From contig CAVRJY010000001.1 of the NCBI GenBank assembly GCA_963721805.1, positions 576,001 through 640,000 of the forward strand: a DNA stretch of 64,000 bases. Reading direction: 5' to 3'. Positions within the stretch are counted from its first letter, which is position 1; every line of letters starts with the position of its first letter. Source of the DNA: Nitrospirota bacterium (GTDB taxonomy: Bacteria > Nitrospirota > Thermodesulfovibrionia > Thermodesulfovibrionales > JdFR-86). Below the pieces are notes generated by a model. That model worked only from the letters and a program-made list of their open reading frames with translations, made no database searches and was not told where the DNA came from. Made by a program: the position numbers and the translations under genes. Shown here one piece after another: positions 39,794-48,596 of the stretch.

Positions 39794-42333
39794 ATGAACA
39801 ACCCCCTGTAATCAAAACAGTTCACAGCCTTTTGCCAACGGACATAAACGGTTTCGATTCTCTGGTCGAGCTGGCCCTGGATATGCGCTGGTCATGGAAT
39901 CACTCTACGGACGAAGTGTGGCGGACGCTCGATCCGAGGCTGTGGGAACTGACTCATCATCCATGGGATGTCCTTCAAACCGTTTCCCGGCAAAAGGTCC
40001 AGGACGTTCTGACCGATCCGGTCTTCCGAAAGAAGATAAATGATCTTGTACAGGCCAGGCGTCAGGCTGCGAAATCCCCTGCATGGTTTCAGCAGGACCA
40101 TCCCCAGTCACCGCTGAGCTGCATTGCATATTTCAGCATGGAATTCATGCTAAGCGAGGCGCTTCCGATCTATTCGGGGGGGCTTGGAAATGTGGCCGGA
40201 GATCAGCTCAAGGCCGCCAGCGATCTGGGCGTGCCTGTTATCGGCGTGGGGCTGCTCTACCAACAGGGCTATTTCAGGCAGGTGATTGATCGCGACGGGG
40301 CACAACAGGCCATTTATCCTTATAACGATCCCGGCCAATTACCCATAACGCCGTTGCGCCTGCCTGACGGCGAGTGGTTGCGGGTGGAGATCGCCCTGCC
40401 CGGCTACTCGGTCTGGCTGCGCGCATGGCAGGTCCAGGTCGGCAGGGTGAAGCTCTATCTTCTGGACAGCAATGACGTGGCGAACTTCCCCATTCATCGG
40501 GGGATTACCAGCGAGCTTTACGGCGCTGGGATTGAGTTGCGCCTCAAACAGGAGGTGGTGCTCGGGATCGGCGGGTGGCGGTTGCTCAACATGCTCGGCC
40601 TTAAGCCCGAGGTCTGTCATCTCAACGAAGGCCATGCGGCCTTTGCCGTGCTGGAGCGAGCCCACTCTTTCATGCAGGAGACGGGCCAGCCGTTCGATGT
40701 CGCACTTGCCGTTACGCGAGCGGGTAACCTCTTCACCACGCACACGGCAGTATCTGTTGGTTTTGACCGTTTTGCCCCGACCCTCATAGAGCAATACCTC
40801 GGCGGGTATGCCGAGCAGAAGCTTGGGATCAAGATCAATGACCTATTGGCGCTCGGCCGCCAGAACCCGAACGATCAGGCTGAGAGCTTCAACATGGCCT
40901 ATCTCGCGATTCACGGAAGCGGGTCGGTCAATGGCGTGAGCCAGTTGCACGGGAAGGTGAGCCGAAACCTCTTTTCGCCGCTCTTTCCGCACTGGCCCGA
41001 AGACGAAGTTCCCGTAGGCCACGTAACGAACGGGGTTCACATGCCGACCTGGGACTCCGCAGCGGCAGACGATCTTTGGACCGAGACCTGTGGAAAAGAC
41101 CGCTGGCTGGGGACAACTGAAAACTTGGAGCATGATATCCGCCGAGTCTCTGACGCTAGGCTCTGGCAGTTCCGCATCGACGCGAGCAGGGTTTTTGTGG
41201 ATTACGTCCGCGGACGGGTGAGCGCGCAACTGGCTTCCTCGGGTGCATCGTCCGCTGCCGTGGAAGAGGCAAGACATATGTTCGACCCCGACGCGCTGAC
41301 CTTGGGCTTTGCGCGCCGCTTCGCCACTTACAAGCGACCCAACATGCTGCTGCACGACCCTGAGCGTCTGCTTCGCCTTTTGACCAATCCTCAGCGCCCC
41401 GTCCAACTCGTCATCGCCGGTAAGGCACATCCGGCGGACCAATCAGGGCAGGATTTGATAAGACAGTGGACGCAGTTCATCAATCTGCCAGAGGTGCGCC
41501 CCCATGTGATCTTCCTCAGCGATTACAACATGCTTCTGAGCGAGTGCCTTGTGCAGGGCGTCGATGTCTGGATCAACACACCTCGACGTCCCTGGGAGGC
41601 CTGTGGCACCAGCGGTATGAAGGTGCTTGTAAACGGCGGCATAAACCTCTCGGAACTCGACGGCTGGTGGGCGGAGGCCTATTCGCCCGAGATCGGTTGG
41701 GCATTGGGAGACTTCCAGGAGCATGGCGACGATCCCGCATGGGACGCTGTCGAAGCCAACGCGCTCTATGATCTGCTCGAACGCGAGGTCGTGCCCGAAT
41801 ATTACACCCGCGATGCACAGGGCATCCCCACTGCATGGGTAGGCCGGATGCGGGAGAGCATGGCGCGGCTGACACCGCGCTTCTCGGCCAACCGCGCGGT
41901 GAGAGAATACACCGAACAACACTACCTCCCGGCTGCCGCGAACTATCTGAAGCGAGTTGAAAACAAAGGGGCCAAGGGCAGGCAGATGGTCGATTGGCGA
42001 TATGAAATAGAGCAAAAATGGGGTGCGATCAAGTTCGGCGAGACTAAGGTGGAGACCCGTGACGGGCTCCACGTATTCGAGGTCCGCCTTTCTCTCGGCG
42101 ACTTGGATCCAAAGGCGGTGCGCGTGGAGCTTTACTCTGATGGAACAAATGGAGGTCCGGCGATGCTGCAAGTGATGCGACAAGGACGACGGCTGGAAGA
42201 TGGAGGCTATATATACGGCTCGGATGTATCTGCAGACAGGCCAGCTGCGGATTACACGCCCAGGGTGATACCATGCCTCGACAGCAGCTTCGCGGTTCCC
42301 CTGGAAGAGGCCCACATTCTGTGGCAGCGCTAA
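39790..42333 (+). CDS. glgP: Alpha-glucan (glycogen/starch) phosphorylase
   Basis: [40 protein letters not shown] 39790 overlaps the pgm stop. Confidence 0.95.
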   Translation: MNEQPPVIKTVHSLLPTDINGFDSLVELALDMRWSWNHSTDEVWRTLDPRLWELTHHPWDVLQTVSRQKVQDVLTDPVFRKKINDLVQARRQAAKSPAWFQQDHPQSPLSCIAYFSMEFMLSEALPIYSGGLGNVAGDQLKAASDLGVPVIGVGLLYQQGYFRQVIDRDGAQQAIYPYNDPGQLPITPLRLPDGEWLRVEIALPGYSVWLRAWQVQVGRVKLYLLDSNDVANFPIHRGITSELYGAGIELRLKQEVVLGIGGWRLLNMLGLKPEVCHLNEGHAAFAVLERAHSFMQETGQPFDVALAVTRAGNLFTTHTAVSVGFDRFAPTLIEQYLGGYAEQKLGIKINDLLALGRQNPNDQAESFNMAYLAIHGSGSVNGVSQLHGKVSRNLFSPLFPHWPEDEVPVGHVTNGVHMPTWDSAAADDLWTETCGKDRWLGTTENLEHDIRRVSDARLWQFRIDASRVFVDYVRGRVSAQLASSGASSAAVEEARHMFDPDALTLGFARRFATYKRPNMLLHDPERLLRLLTNPQRPVQLVIAGKAHPADQSGQDLIRQWTQFINLPEVRPHVIFLSDYNMLLSECLVQGVDVWINTPRRPWEACGTSGMKVLVNGGINLSELDGWWAEAYSPEIGWALGDFQEHGDDPAWDAVEANALYDLLEREVVPEYYTRDAQGIPTAWVGRMRESMARLTPRFSANRAVREYTEQHYLPAAANYLKRVENKGAKGRQMVDWRYEIEQKWGAIKFGETKVETRDGLHVFEVRLSLGDLDPKAVRVELYSDGTNGGPAMLQVMRQGRRLEDGGYIYGSDVSADRPAADYTPRVIPCLDSSFAVPLEEAHILWQR

Positions 42334-42343
42334 AGGAGACCAA

Positions 42344-44860
42344 ATGAAGCCCGATACCGATCAGCCCAAGGCGCCCAATTCCAAACCGGGAGCGAAGCCG
42401 GAAGCGACGCCCATTGCGGCGGACGATTTGAAGTCGATGCCCATGCCTGAAGTGCTCAAGAAACTGGGCTCGTCGTCTGACGGCCTCACGCAAGCCGAGG
42501 CAGCTAAGCGGCTGACCAAATACGGTCCTAACGAGATAGAGGAAAAGAGAGTCAATCCGTTCCTGAAATTCCTCTCCTATTTTTGGGGTCCGATCCCGTG
42601 GATGATCGAGGCTGCGGTGATCCTGTCGGCGGTGGACAAACATTGGCCGGACTTTGGCATCATCCTCCTATTGCTCGCGGCCAACGCCGTGGTTGGATTC
42701 TGGGAAGAACATCAGGCGGGCAACGCCATCGCCGCCTTGAAGGCAAAGCTGGCGATCAAGGCCCGGGTGAAGCGCGATGGAAAATGGGTCAACCCCGAGG
42801 CGCGCGAACTTGTTCCTGGCGACGTCATTCGTCTGCGACTGGGCGATATTGTACCGGCTGATGCGCGATTGCTCGAAGGTGACGAGGTTGAAGTGGACCA
42901 GTCCGCGCTTACCGGAGAGTCACTGCCCGCCGTGCGCAAGGCTGGCGAGGCGGTGTTTTCAGGCTCGATCATCCGTCAGGGCGAGATCGAAGCGCTCGTA
43001 TATGGCACGGGTTCAAATACCTACTTCGGCAAGACCGCGCAATTAGTGCAGGGGGCTCAAACCGCCAGCCACTTCCAGCGTGCTGTGTTGAAGATCGGCA
43101 ATTACCTGATCATCCTCGCGGTGGCGCTGGTGGCGATAATTATCGCGGTCGCGCTATTTCGTGGCGACCACCTCCTCACCACGCTTCAGTTTGCGCTGGT
43201 GCTGACCGTGGCTGCGATCCCTGTGGCGATGCCAACTGTCCTGTCGGTCACAATGGCAGTCGGTGCGCACCTGCTGGCCAAGAAAGAAGTCATCGTAACC
43301 CGGCTGGCGGCTATTGAGGAACTGGCGGGCGTGGACATACTGTGCGCGGACAAGACCGGCACCCTGACGCAGAACAAGCTGACGCTGGGCGATCCATTCA
43401 GCGTGGAGGGCATCGAACCCGAGCAGGTCATCCTGAGCGCCGCGCTTTGCTCGCGCGCGGAAAACAAAGACACCATCGACCTTGCCGTGCTAGGCGGCAT
43501 GAAGGACATTAAGGCACTAAAGGCATACGAGGTCACACACTTCCAGCCGTTCGACTCAGTGCATAAGCGCACCGAGGCCACCGTCAAGGGCAAGGACGGG
43601 GTGGAGTTCAAGGTGACCAAGGGCGCGCCGCAGGTGATTTTGGAACTCTCGGCTAATGCCGCGCAGGTGAAGGATGCAGTCGATAATGCGGTCAACGAGT
43701 TCGCAACGCGAGGTTTCCGCGCGCTCGGAGTGGCGCGCGCAGACGCGCAGGGTAAATGGCTTATTCTCGGAGTGTTGCCCCTGTTCGACCCGCCAAGGGA
43801 CGAGGCCAAAGAGACGATCTCGACCGCGCGGAAGATAGGCGTGAAAATCAAGATGCTAACGGGCGACGCGCTTGCCATCGCGCGCGAGACAGCCGAAAAA
43901 CTGGGACTTGGCGCGAATATCCTCGATGCCAGCGGCCTGGGCGACTCGAAGCAGCATGAAACGGCGGAGATGGGGGAGGCCATTGAGAAAGCGGACGGTT
44001 TCGCGCAGGTGTTCCCCGAGCACAAGTTCCATATCGTAGACGTCCTTCAGCAGCGCGGCCACATCGTCGGCATGACGGGTGACGGGGTCAATGACGCCCC
44101 GGCGCTGAAGAAAGCCGACTGCGGCATCGCGGTCTCGGGCGCTACGGACGCGGCGCGCGCAGCGGCATCCATCGTGCTGATGCCGCCCGGCCTGACGGTG
44201 ATAATCGACGCGATAAAGGAGAGCCGTAAAATTTTTCAGCGACTGAACAGTTACGCGATCTACCGCATCGGCGAGACCCTGCGCGTGCTGCTGTTCATGA
44301 CGCTGGCGATACTGGTATTCAACTTTTACCCATTGACGGCGGTGATGATCGTGATGCTGGCGCTTCTCAATGACGGGGCTGTACTGTCCATAGCATATGA
44401 CAATGTAGTATACAAGGACAAGCCCGAGGCATGGAACATGCGCATGGTGCTCGGGGTCTCGACGGTGCTGGGTGTCATCGGGGTCGTCTCCGCCTTTGGT
44501 CTGTTTTATCTCGGCGAGCGGGTCTTTCATCTCGACCGCGCACATATCCAGACGCTGATGTATTTAAAACTGTCCGTGGCTGGACATCTGACTATATTCC
44601 TGACGCGCACGCGCGGTCCGTTCTGGTCTAATCGTCCAGCGCTGATTTTGTTAGTAGCCGTGCTCGGCACTCAGACCGTGGCCACGATTATAGCGGTTTA
44701 CGGATTGTTTATGACTCCGATCGGATGGGGCTGGGCCGCGTTCGTATGGGGATATGCGCTGCTGTGGTTCCTCTTCAACGATCGAGTGAAATTGCTTGCG
44801 TATCGGGTGTTCGATCCAGTCCGAGACAAACCTAACCCCGAAGCCAATGGTCAGATTTGA
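42344..44860 (+). CDS. Plasma-membrane proton-efflux P-type ATPase (P3A type)
   Basis: FWGPIPWMIEAA, TGES, IPVAMPTVLSVTMAVGA, DKTGTLT, FAQVFPEHKF, GDGVNDAPAL, ALLND. Confidence 0.92.
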   Translation: MKPDTDQPKAPNSKPGAKPEATPIAADDLKSMPMPEVLKKLGSSSDGLTQAEAAKRLTKYGPNEIEEKRVNPFLKFLSYFWGPIPWMIEAAVILSAVDKHWPDFGIILLLLAANAVVGFWEEHQAGNAIAALKAKLAIKARVKRDGKWVNPEARELVPGDVIRLRLGDIVPADARLLEGDEVEVDQSALTGESLPAVRKAGEAVFSGSIIRQGEIEALVYGTGSNTYFGKTAQLVQGAQTASHFQRAVLKIGNYLIILAVALVAIIIAVALFRGDHLLTTLQFALVLTVAAIPVAMPTVLSVTMAVGAHLLAKKEVIVTRLAAIEELAGVDILCADKTGTLTQNKLTLGDPFSVEGIEPEQVILSAALCSRAENKDTIDLAVLGGMKDIKALKAYEVTHFQPFDSVHKRTEATVKGKDGVEFKVTKGAPQVILELSANAAQVKDAVDNAVNEFATRGFRALGVARADAQGKWLILGVLPLFDPPRDEAKETISTARKIGVKIKMLTGDALAIARETAEKLGLGANILDASGLGDSKQHETAEMGEAIEKADGFAQVFPEHKFHIVDVLQQRGHIVGMTGDGVNDAPALKKADCGIAVSGATDAARAAASIVLMPPGLTVIIDAIKESRKIFQRLNSYAIYRIGETLRVLLFMTLAILVFNFYPLTAVMIVMLALLNDGAVLSIAYDNVVYKDKPEAWNMRMVLGVSTVLGVIGVVSAFGLFYLGERVFHLDRAHIQTLMYLKLSVAGHLTIFLTRTRGPFWSNRPALILLVAVLGTQTVATIIAVYGLFMTPIGWGWAAFVWGYALLWFLFNDRVKLLAYRVFDPVRDKPNPEANGQI

Positions 44861-45241
44861 TTCCTCAGGTCGTCAAGTGAGTCCATGAACTCATTGAACT
44901 CCAAGGTCGCCGCTATGGCCATGCTACTCAAGACTGGCTTTAGGCGACGTATACAAAATTAGCTACAATCGGCTTCGTTCTGGACTCGTTCTGGAGCCGC
45001 CCGCAAACCCAATACCGGTGCGCCCCAGGTCGTGTCGAATCCCACCTCCTCCGTATCCTCAAATCCTTGCCCGGCAAGGTTTTGCGCTTAAAAACACCCC
45101 TCAAATGCCGATATGGTTTCGATCCGGGATGTCCCGGGCGGCGATGAGAGAAGCCTTCCCCTTCAGCTGCAAAGCCGGAATTGGTGCCTGCGCTATTCGG
45201 ATGCGGTAACGTTAGCTAACCGTCAGGACATTGAGAGTGGC

Positions 45242-45271
45242 TTGACAATTATATGCAAGTATGCGTAAATT
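45242..45271 (+). promoter_or_regulatory. arsR-operon promoter with overlapping imperfect palindromic operator
   Basis: TTGACA, 18 nt, TAAATT; the spacer holds ATATGCA-AGTA-TGCGTAA. Confidence 0.6.
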
Positions 45272-45298
45272 TGAATATAAGCGTCAAGGGAGGAAACC

Positions 45299-45679
45299 AT
45301 GTCAGAAGCTTTAGCCTGCCCGGCGGGTTTCAAGGAGGATGCGGATTTCAGCCGCAAGGTGGATATCCTCAAGGCGATTGCCCACCCGGTGCGGATCATG
45401 ATACTAGATGAACTGGCCAAGGGAGTGAAGTGCGTAAGCGACTTTGCGGACTTTCTTGAAATCAAGCAGCCGAACATCTCACAGCACCTCACCGTGCTGC
45501 GCAACTGCGGGATTATCGACCACTACATGGACGGCAGGCTCAGGTGCTATTTCCTCAGGGAACCGCTCATCCCGGACATGCTGAACCTCATGCACACGAA
45601 GTATGAGAGTCTGCTTCCCGCCCCGGCGTGCTGTCCGGTTACCAAAAAAGGCAAGTACCCTGGAGACAGGAAGAACTGA
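45299..45679 (+). CDS. ArsR/SmtB-family repressor, Cys-rich
   Basis: LKAIAHPVRIMIL...CV...QPNISQHLTVLR HTH; C-terminal CC pair. Confidence 0.92.
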   Translation: MSEALACPAGFKEDADFSRKVDILKAIAHPVRIMILDELAKGVKCVSDFADFLEIKQPNISQHLTVLRNCGIIDHYMDGRLRCYFLREPLIPDMLNLMHTKYESLLPAPACCPVTKKGKYPGDRKN

Positions 45680-45731
45680 CAACGAAAGGAGGACTCATGA
45701 CAATGACCGCAGCGAACAGGAGGTGGGCGGC

Positions 45732-46076
45732 ATGAGCCGTGAACTGGTTTTGTTCCTGTCCACGACGCCGTATAGCTACGAGAACACGCATACGATCATC
45801 AGGCTCGCGAACGCGGCGCTCTCAAAGGGGCGCAAGGTGCGTCTCGTGGCCTCAGGTGACGGTGTGTTTTCACTGGTAAAAGGGCAGGTCCCGCAGTCGC
45901 AGGCCGCGCTCGTCGATCTCGTCGGGCGGGGCATGAAGGTGGACATATGAACGGGCTGCCTGAACAGCCGCGGTCTTGCGGCTGAGGATTCGATAGAGGG
46001 CGGGGAGCTTAGTTCTTTAGCGAGGCTCTTCGATACCATCAAGAGCGAACCCATATTCCTGAATCTCGGCGCATGA
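45732..46076 (+). CDS. DsrE/TusD-family sulfurtransferase, predicted selenoprotein (Sec73, UxxC)
   Basis: LFLSTTPY...GDGV N-terminus. The in-frame TGA at 45948-45950 is followed by TGCLNSRGL...FLNLGA*, completing a 114-aa DsrE fold. Confidence 0.85.
45965..45984 (+). promoter_or_regulatory. Candidate bacterial SECIS hairpin
   Basis: CAGCCGC-GGTCTT-GCGGCTG begins 14 nt after the in-frame TGA; the loop contains GGUCU. Confidence 0.75.
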
Positions 46077-46086
46077 GGGGGCGAAC

Positions 46087-46437
46087 ATGAAGGTCAGCTT
46101 TATTCTCAGGCGGCCGCCATATGGCACCGCCGATGCGGCCGAGGCCGTGAGGCATGCCCTTGGCGGGCTAACGAACGATGTCGATGTCACGCTTATCCTG
46201 CTCGACGGCGGCGCGTTCGCGGCGATCAAGGCGCAGGATGTCGCGGGCACCCCCTATCAGTCGCTCTCGGAGGGGATAGCCGACTGCATAGACATGGGCG
46301 CGGAGGTCGTCGTCGATGAGGCGTCGCTTGCCGAATGCTGCATGGGCATCGAAGACCTCGTGCCCGGCGTAAAGACGACGGACAGCGCCGGTGTGGCGCG
46401 CATAGTCGGCGAGTCCGGCTTAACGATGATATTTTAA
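46087..46437 (+). CDS. DsrF/TusC-family protein
   Basis: FILRRPPYGT...EAVR, LLDGG, SL motif, ends in a short beta strand (TMIF); follows the dsrE homolog. Confidence 0.8.
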   Translation: MKVSFILRRPPYGTADAAEAVRHALGGLTNDVDVTLILLDGGAFAAIKAQDVAGTPYQSLSEGIADCIDMGAEVVVDEASLAECCMGIEDLVPGVKTTDSAGVARIVGESGLTMIF

Positions 46438-46452
46438 AAAAAGGGAGACCTC

Positions 46453-46728
46453 ATGCTGATACTGGTCAAATCCTCACCCGAGACGGCCGAGGCGCGCCGG
46501 GCCTTGCAGATCGCCTCCGAGGCGAAGGCCGAGGTGGTTTTTCTCCAGGCTGCCGTCTATCACGCGGTCAAGGACCGGTTAAAAGGCATCAAACTGGCAA
46601 AGGCATACGCCATTGACGAGGACATGAGGATGCGGGGGATCGATAAATGCCAGTCCGTCGAGGCGATAAGCTACGGCGCGCTCGTCGAGCTGATGGACGC
46701 CCATGAAAACATAACCGGGCTTTATTGA
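46453..46728 (+). CDS. DsrH/TusB-family protein
   Basis: LILVKSSP, FLQAAVY, AIDEDMRMRGI, ISYGALVEL. Confidence 0.85.
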   Translation: MLILVKSSPETAEARRALQIASEAKAEVVFLQAAVYHAVKDRLKGIKLAKAYAIDEDMRMRGIDKCQSVEAISYGALVELMDAHENITGLY

Positions 46729-46750
46729 TAAGTAACGGGAGGTATCCCCC

Positions 46751-47934
46751 ATGCCAAGGATAGCGATCATAGGCGGCTCGTTTGGCGGGTTGACCGCGGC
46801 GTTCGAGTTAAAGAGGCTTCTCGGCAGGAAGGCCGAGATCACGGTCATATCCGACTCAGACCGTTTCATCTTCATCCCCTCGCTTCCGTGGGTCGCGATG
46901 GGGTGGAGGAAGGCCGGCGACATTACGCTGCCCCTCAAGGGCATCCTCGAATCCAGGGGGATCGCCTTCATGCACACCGAGGCGAAGGGCATAGACGCTG
47001 ACGCCTCAAAGGTATTGACCACGTCAGGCGAGGTGCCATATGACTACCTCGTGATCTCGACCGGCCCTGAGCTCGCCTTCAGTGAGATACCCGGGTTCGT
47101 CCCCGGCAGCGGCAGCACGGAGTGCATCTTCACCCTCGGGCAGGCGGAGCACGCGCATAAGGCCTGGGAGCGCTTCCTGGAATCCCCCGGCCCAGTTGTA
47201 GTGGGGTCGGTGCAGGGGGTCAGTTGCTTTGGCCCGGCATATGAGTATGCATTTGAGATAGACGCCGAACTCAGAAGGCGCGGCATCAGGCATAAGGTCC
47301 CGATTCAGTTCGTCACGAGCGAGCCGTATATCGGGCATTTCGGCATCGGAGGGTTCGGGTCTCGCGCAGATGGCTTGAGGACGAGTTTGCGCAGAGGGAC
47401 ATCAAGACGCTAGCAAACCAGGCGGTCGAGGAGTTCGCCCCGGAAGAGGTGCGGCTCAAAGACGGCACGAAAATACCCTCCAGGCTTACGATGTTCGCCC
47501 CGGCGATGAAGGGCGTGCCCGCTGTCGCCCACCTAGGCAATCCGAGGGGCTTTATCCCTGTCGATGAGAACCTGAGGCACAAGAAGTTCAAAAATATATT
47601 CACAATCGGCGTCGCGGTCGCCATCGCCCCGCCGGAACCGACGCCAGTGCCCACCGGAGTGCCTAAGACCGGATACATGGCCGTGCGTATGGCAAAGACC
47701 GTGGCTGCCGCGATAACGTCGGATGTAATGGGGCAGGCCGCGGGCGCCTATGAGATGGACGTGGTATGCATCATGGACATGGGCAACACGGCCGCGTACA
47801 TGAGCGCAAGGCCGCTGCTGCCTCCGAGGCAGGAGATCACGCTAAGGAAGGCCATATGGGCTAAGTGGATGAAGGTTTGGTACGAGCGCTACTTCCTCTT
47901 CAAGATAAAGCACGGCATTTCCAATCTGCCGTGA
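46751..47934 (+). CDS. sqr: Sulfide:quinone oxidoreductase with an apparent 1-bp deletion at about 47357-47359
   Basis: IGGSFGG FAD motif, FIPSLPW, VSCFGPAYE, PTGVPKTGYM, VCIMDMG. Adding one base at the G run joins the two ORFs via SRRWLEDEFAQRDIK. Confidence 0.88.
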
Positions 47935-48596
47935 CCAATGCAATACAAGCGGCAGCTCATATTGCGAAGGCATGCCAGCCATAGATGATATTATATCAAG
48001 ACGGCCTAAGGTGAATTAATGTTGCGAGAGGTATCTACTTAGCGCAAGGCTGTACAGTAATCCTCGCTTCACCGTCTATCATCTTGGGAGTTAGCCCCCG
48101 CCTTCTCTCAGCCATATGCCTTGGCACTCCCGCCGGTGACAAAGGCTATGACCCGGAGCCTTTTTTCATGTCGTCCCTCTTGATGAGCACTATTTTCCAG
48201 CGCCTATCCACGGTGTCCTTTGCAGCCCGGTTCCTGCGAACCAGCCCAGCGCAAGGTACCACCTTACTAACTAAAGTTAACCGGAAGTTAATAGAAAACG
48301 CACGGGGATCAATTTTTCTTATAAACTTCGGTTTATATATAAACCATGGTATATCGCTTTTTCAGATATCGTTATGCTTCAATACCATATGAGGCTGATA
48401 TGCTCATTTTAAGGACGCGGGAAACGGGGCTGAAGCCGGTGGGCGGCGCGGAAACCGTTTCTGAACGCATGAACACGGGCGGGTTCGAAAAAACGATGAA
48501 ATCCGGTGGGTTGGACTGTTTTTTCTCCGTTCACTTGAACACTATAAAAAAACGCGCGCGCACACGCGCGCGTTATACTGACTAGGCGATAACCAT

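Larger units (their letters stand above)
35959..45079. mobile_element. Genomic island integrated at the tRNA-Ser 3' end, no integrase present
   Basis: 45-bp direct repeat TCGAATCCCACCTCCTCCGTATCCTCAAATC(T/C)TTGCCCGGCAAGG at 35959-36003 and 45035-45079 (one mismatch). Confidence 0.88.

Noticed and set aside
45603..45950. 115-aa ORF as called in the track
   Set aside because: Its start overlaps arsR and it stops at the probable Sec codon; the real gene is 45732-46076.
48084..48585. ORFs 48084-48392 and 48346-48585
   Set aside because: No RBS, motifs or host-like codon pattern; probably non-coding.
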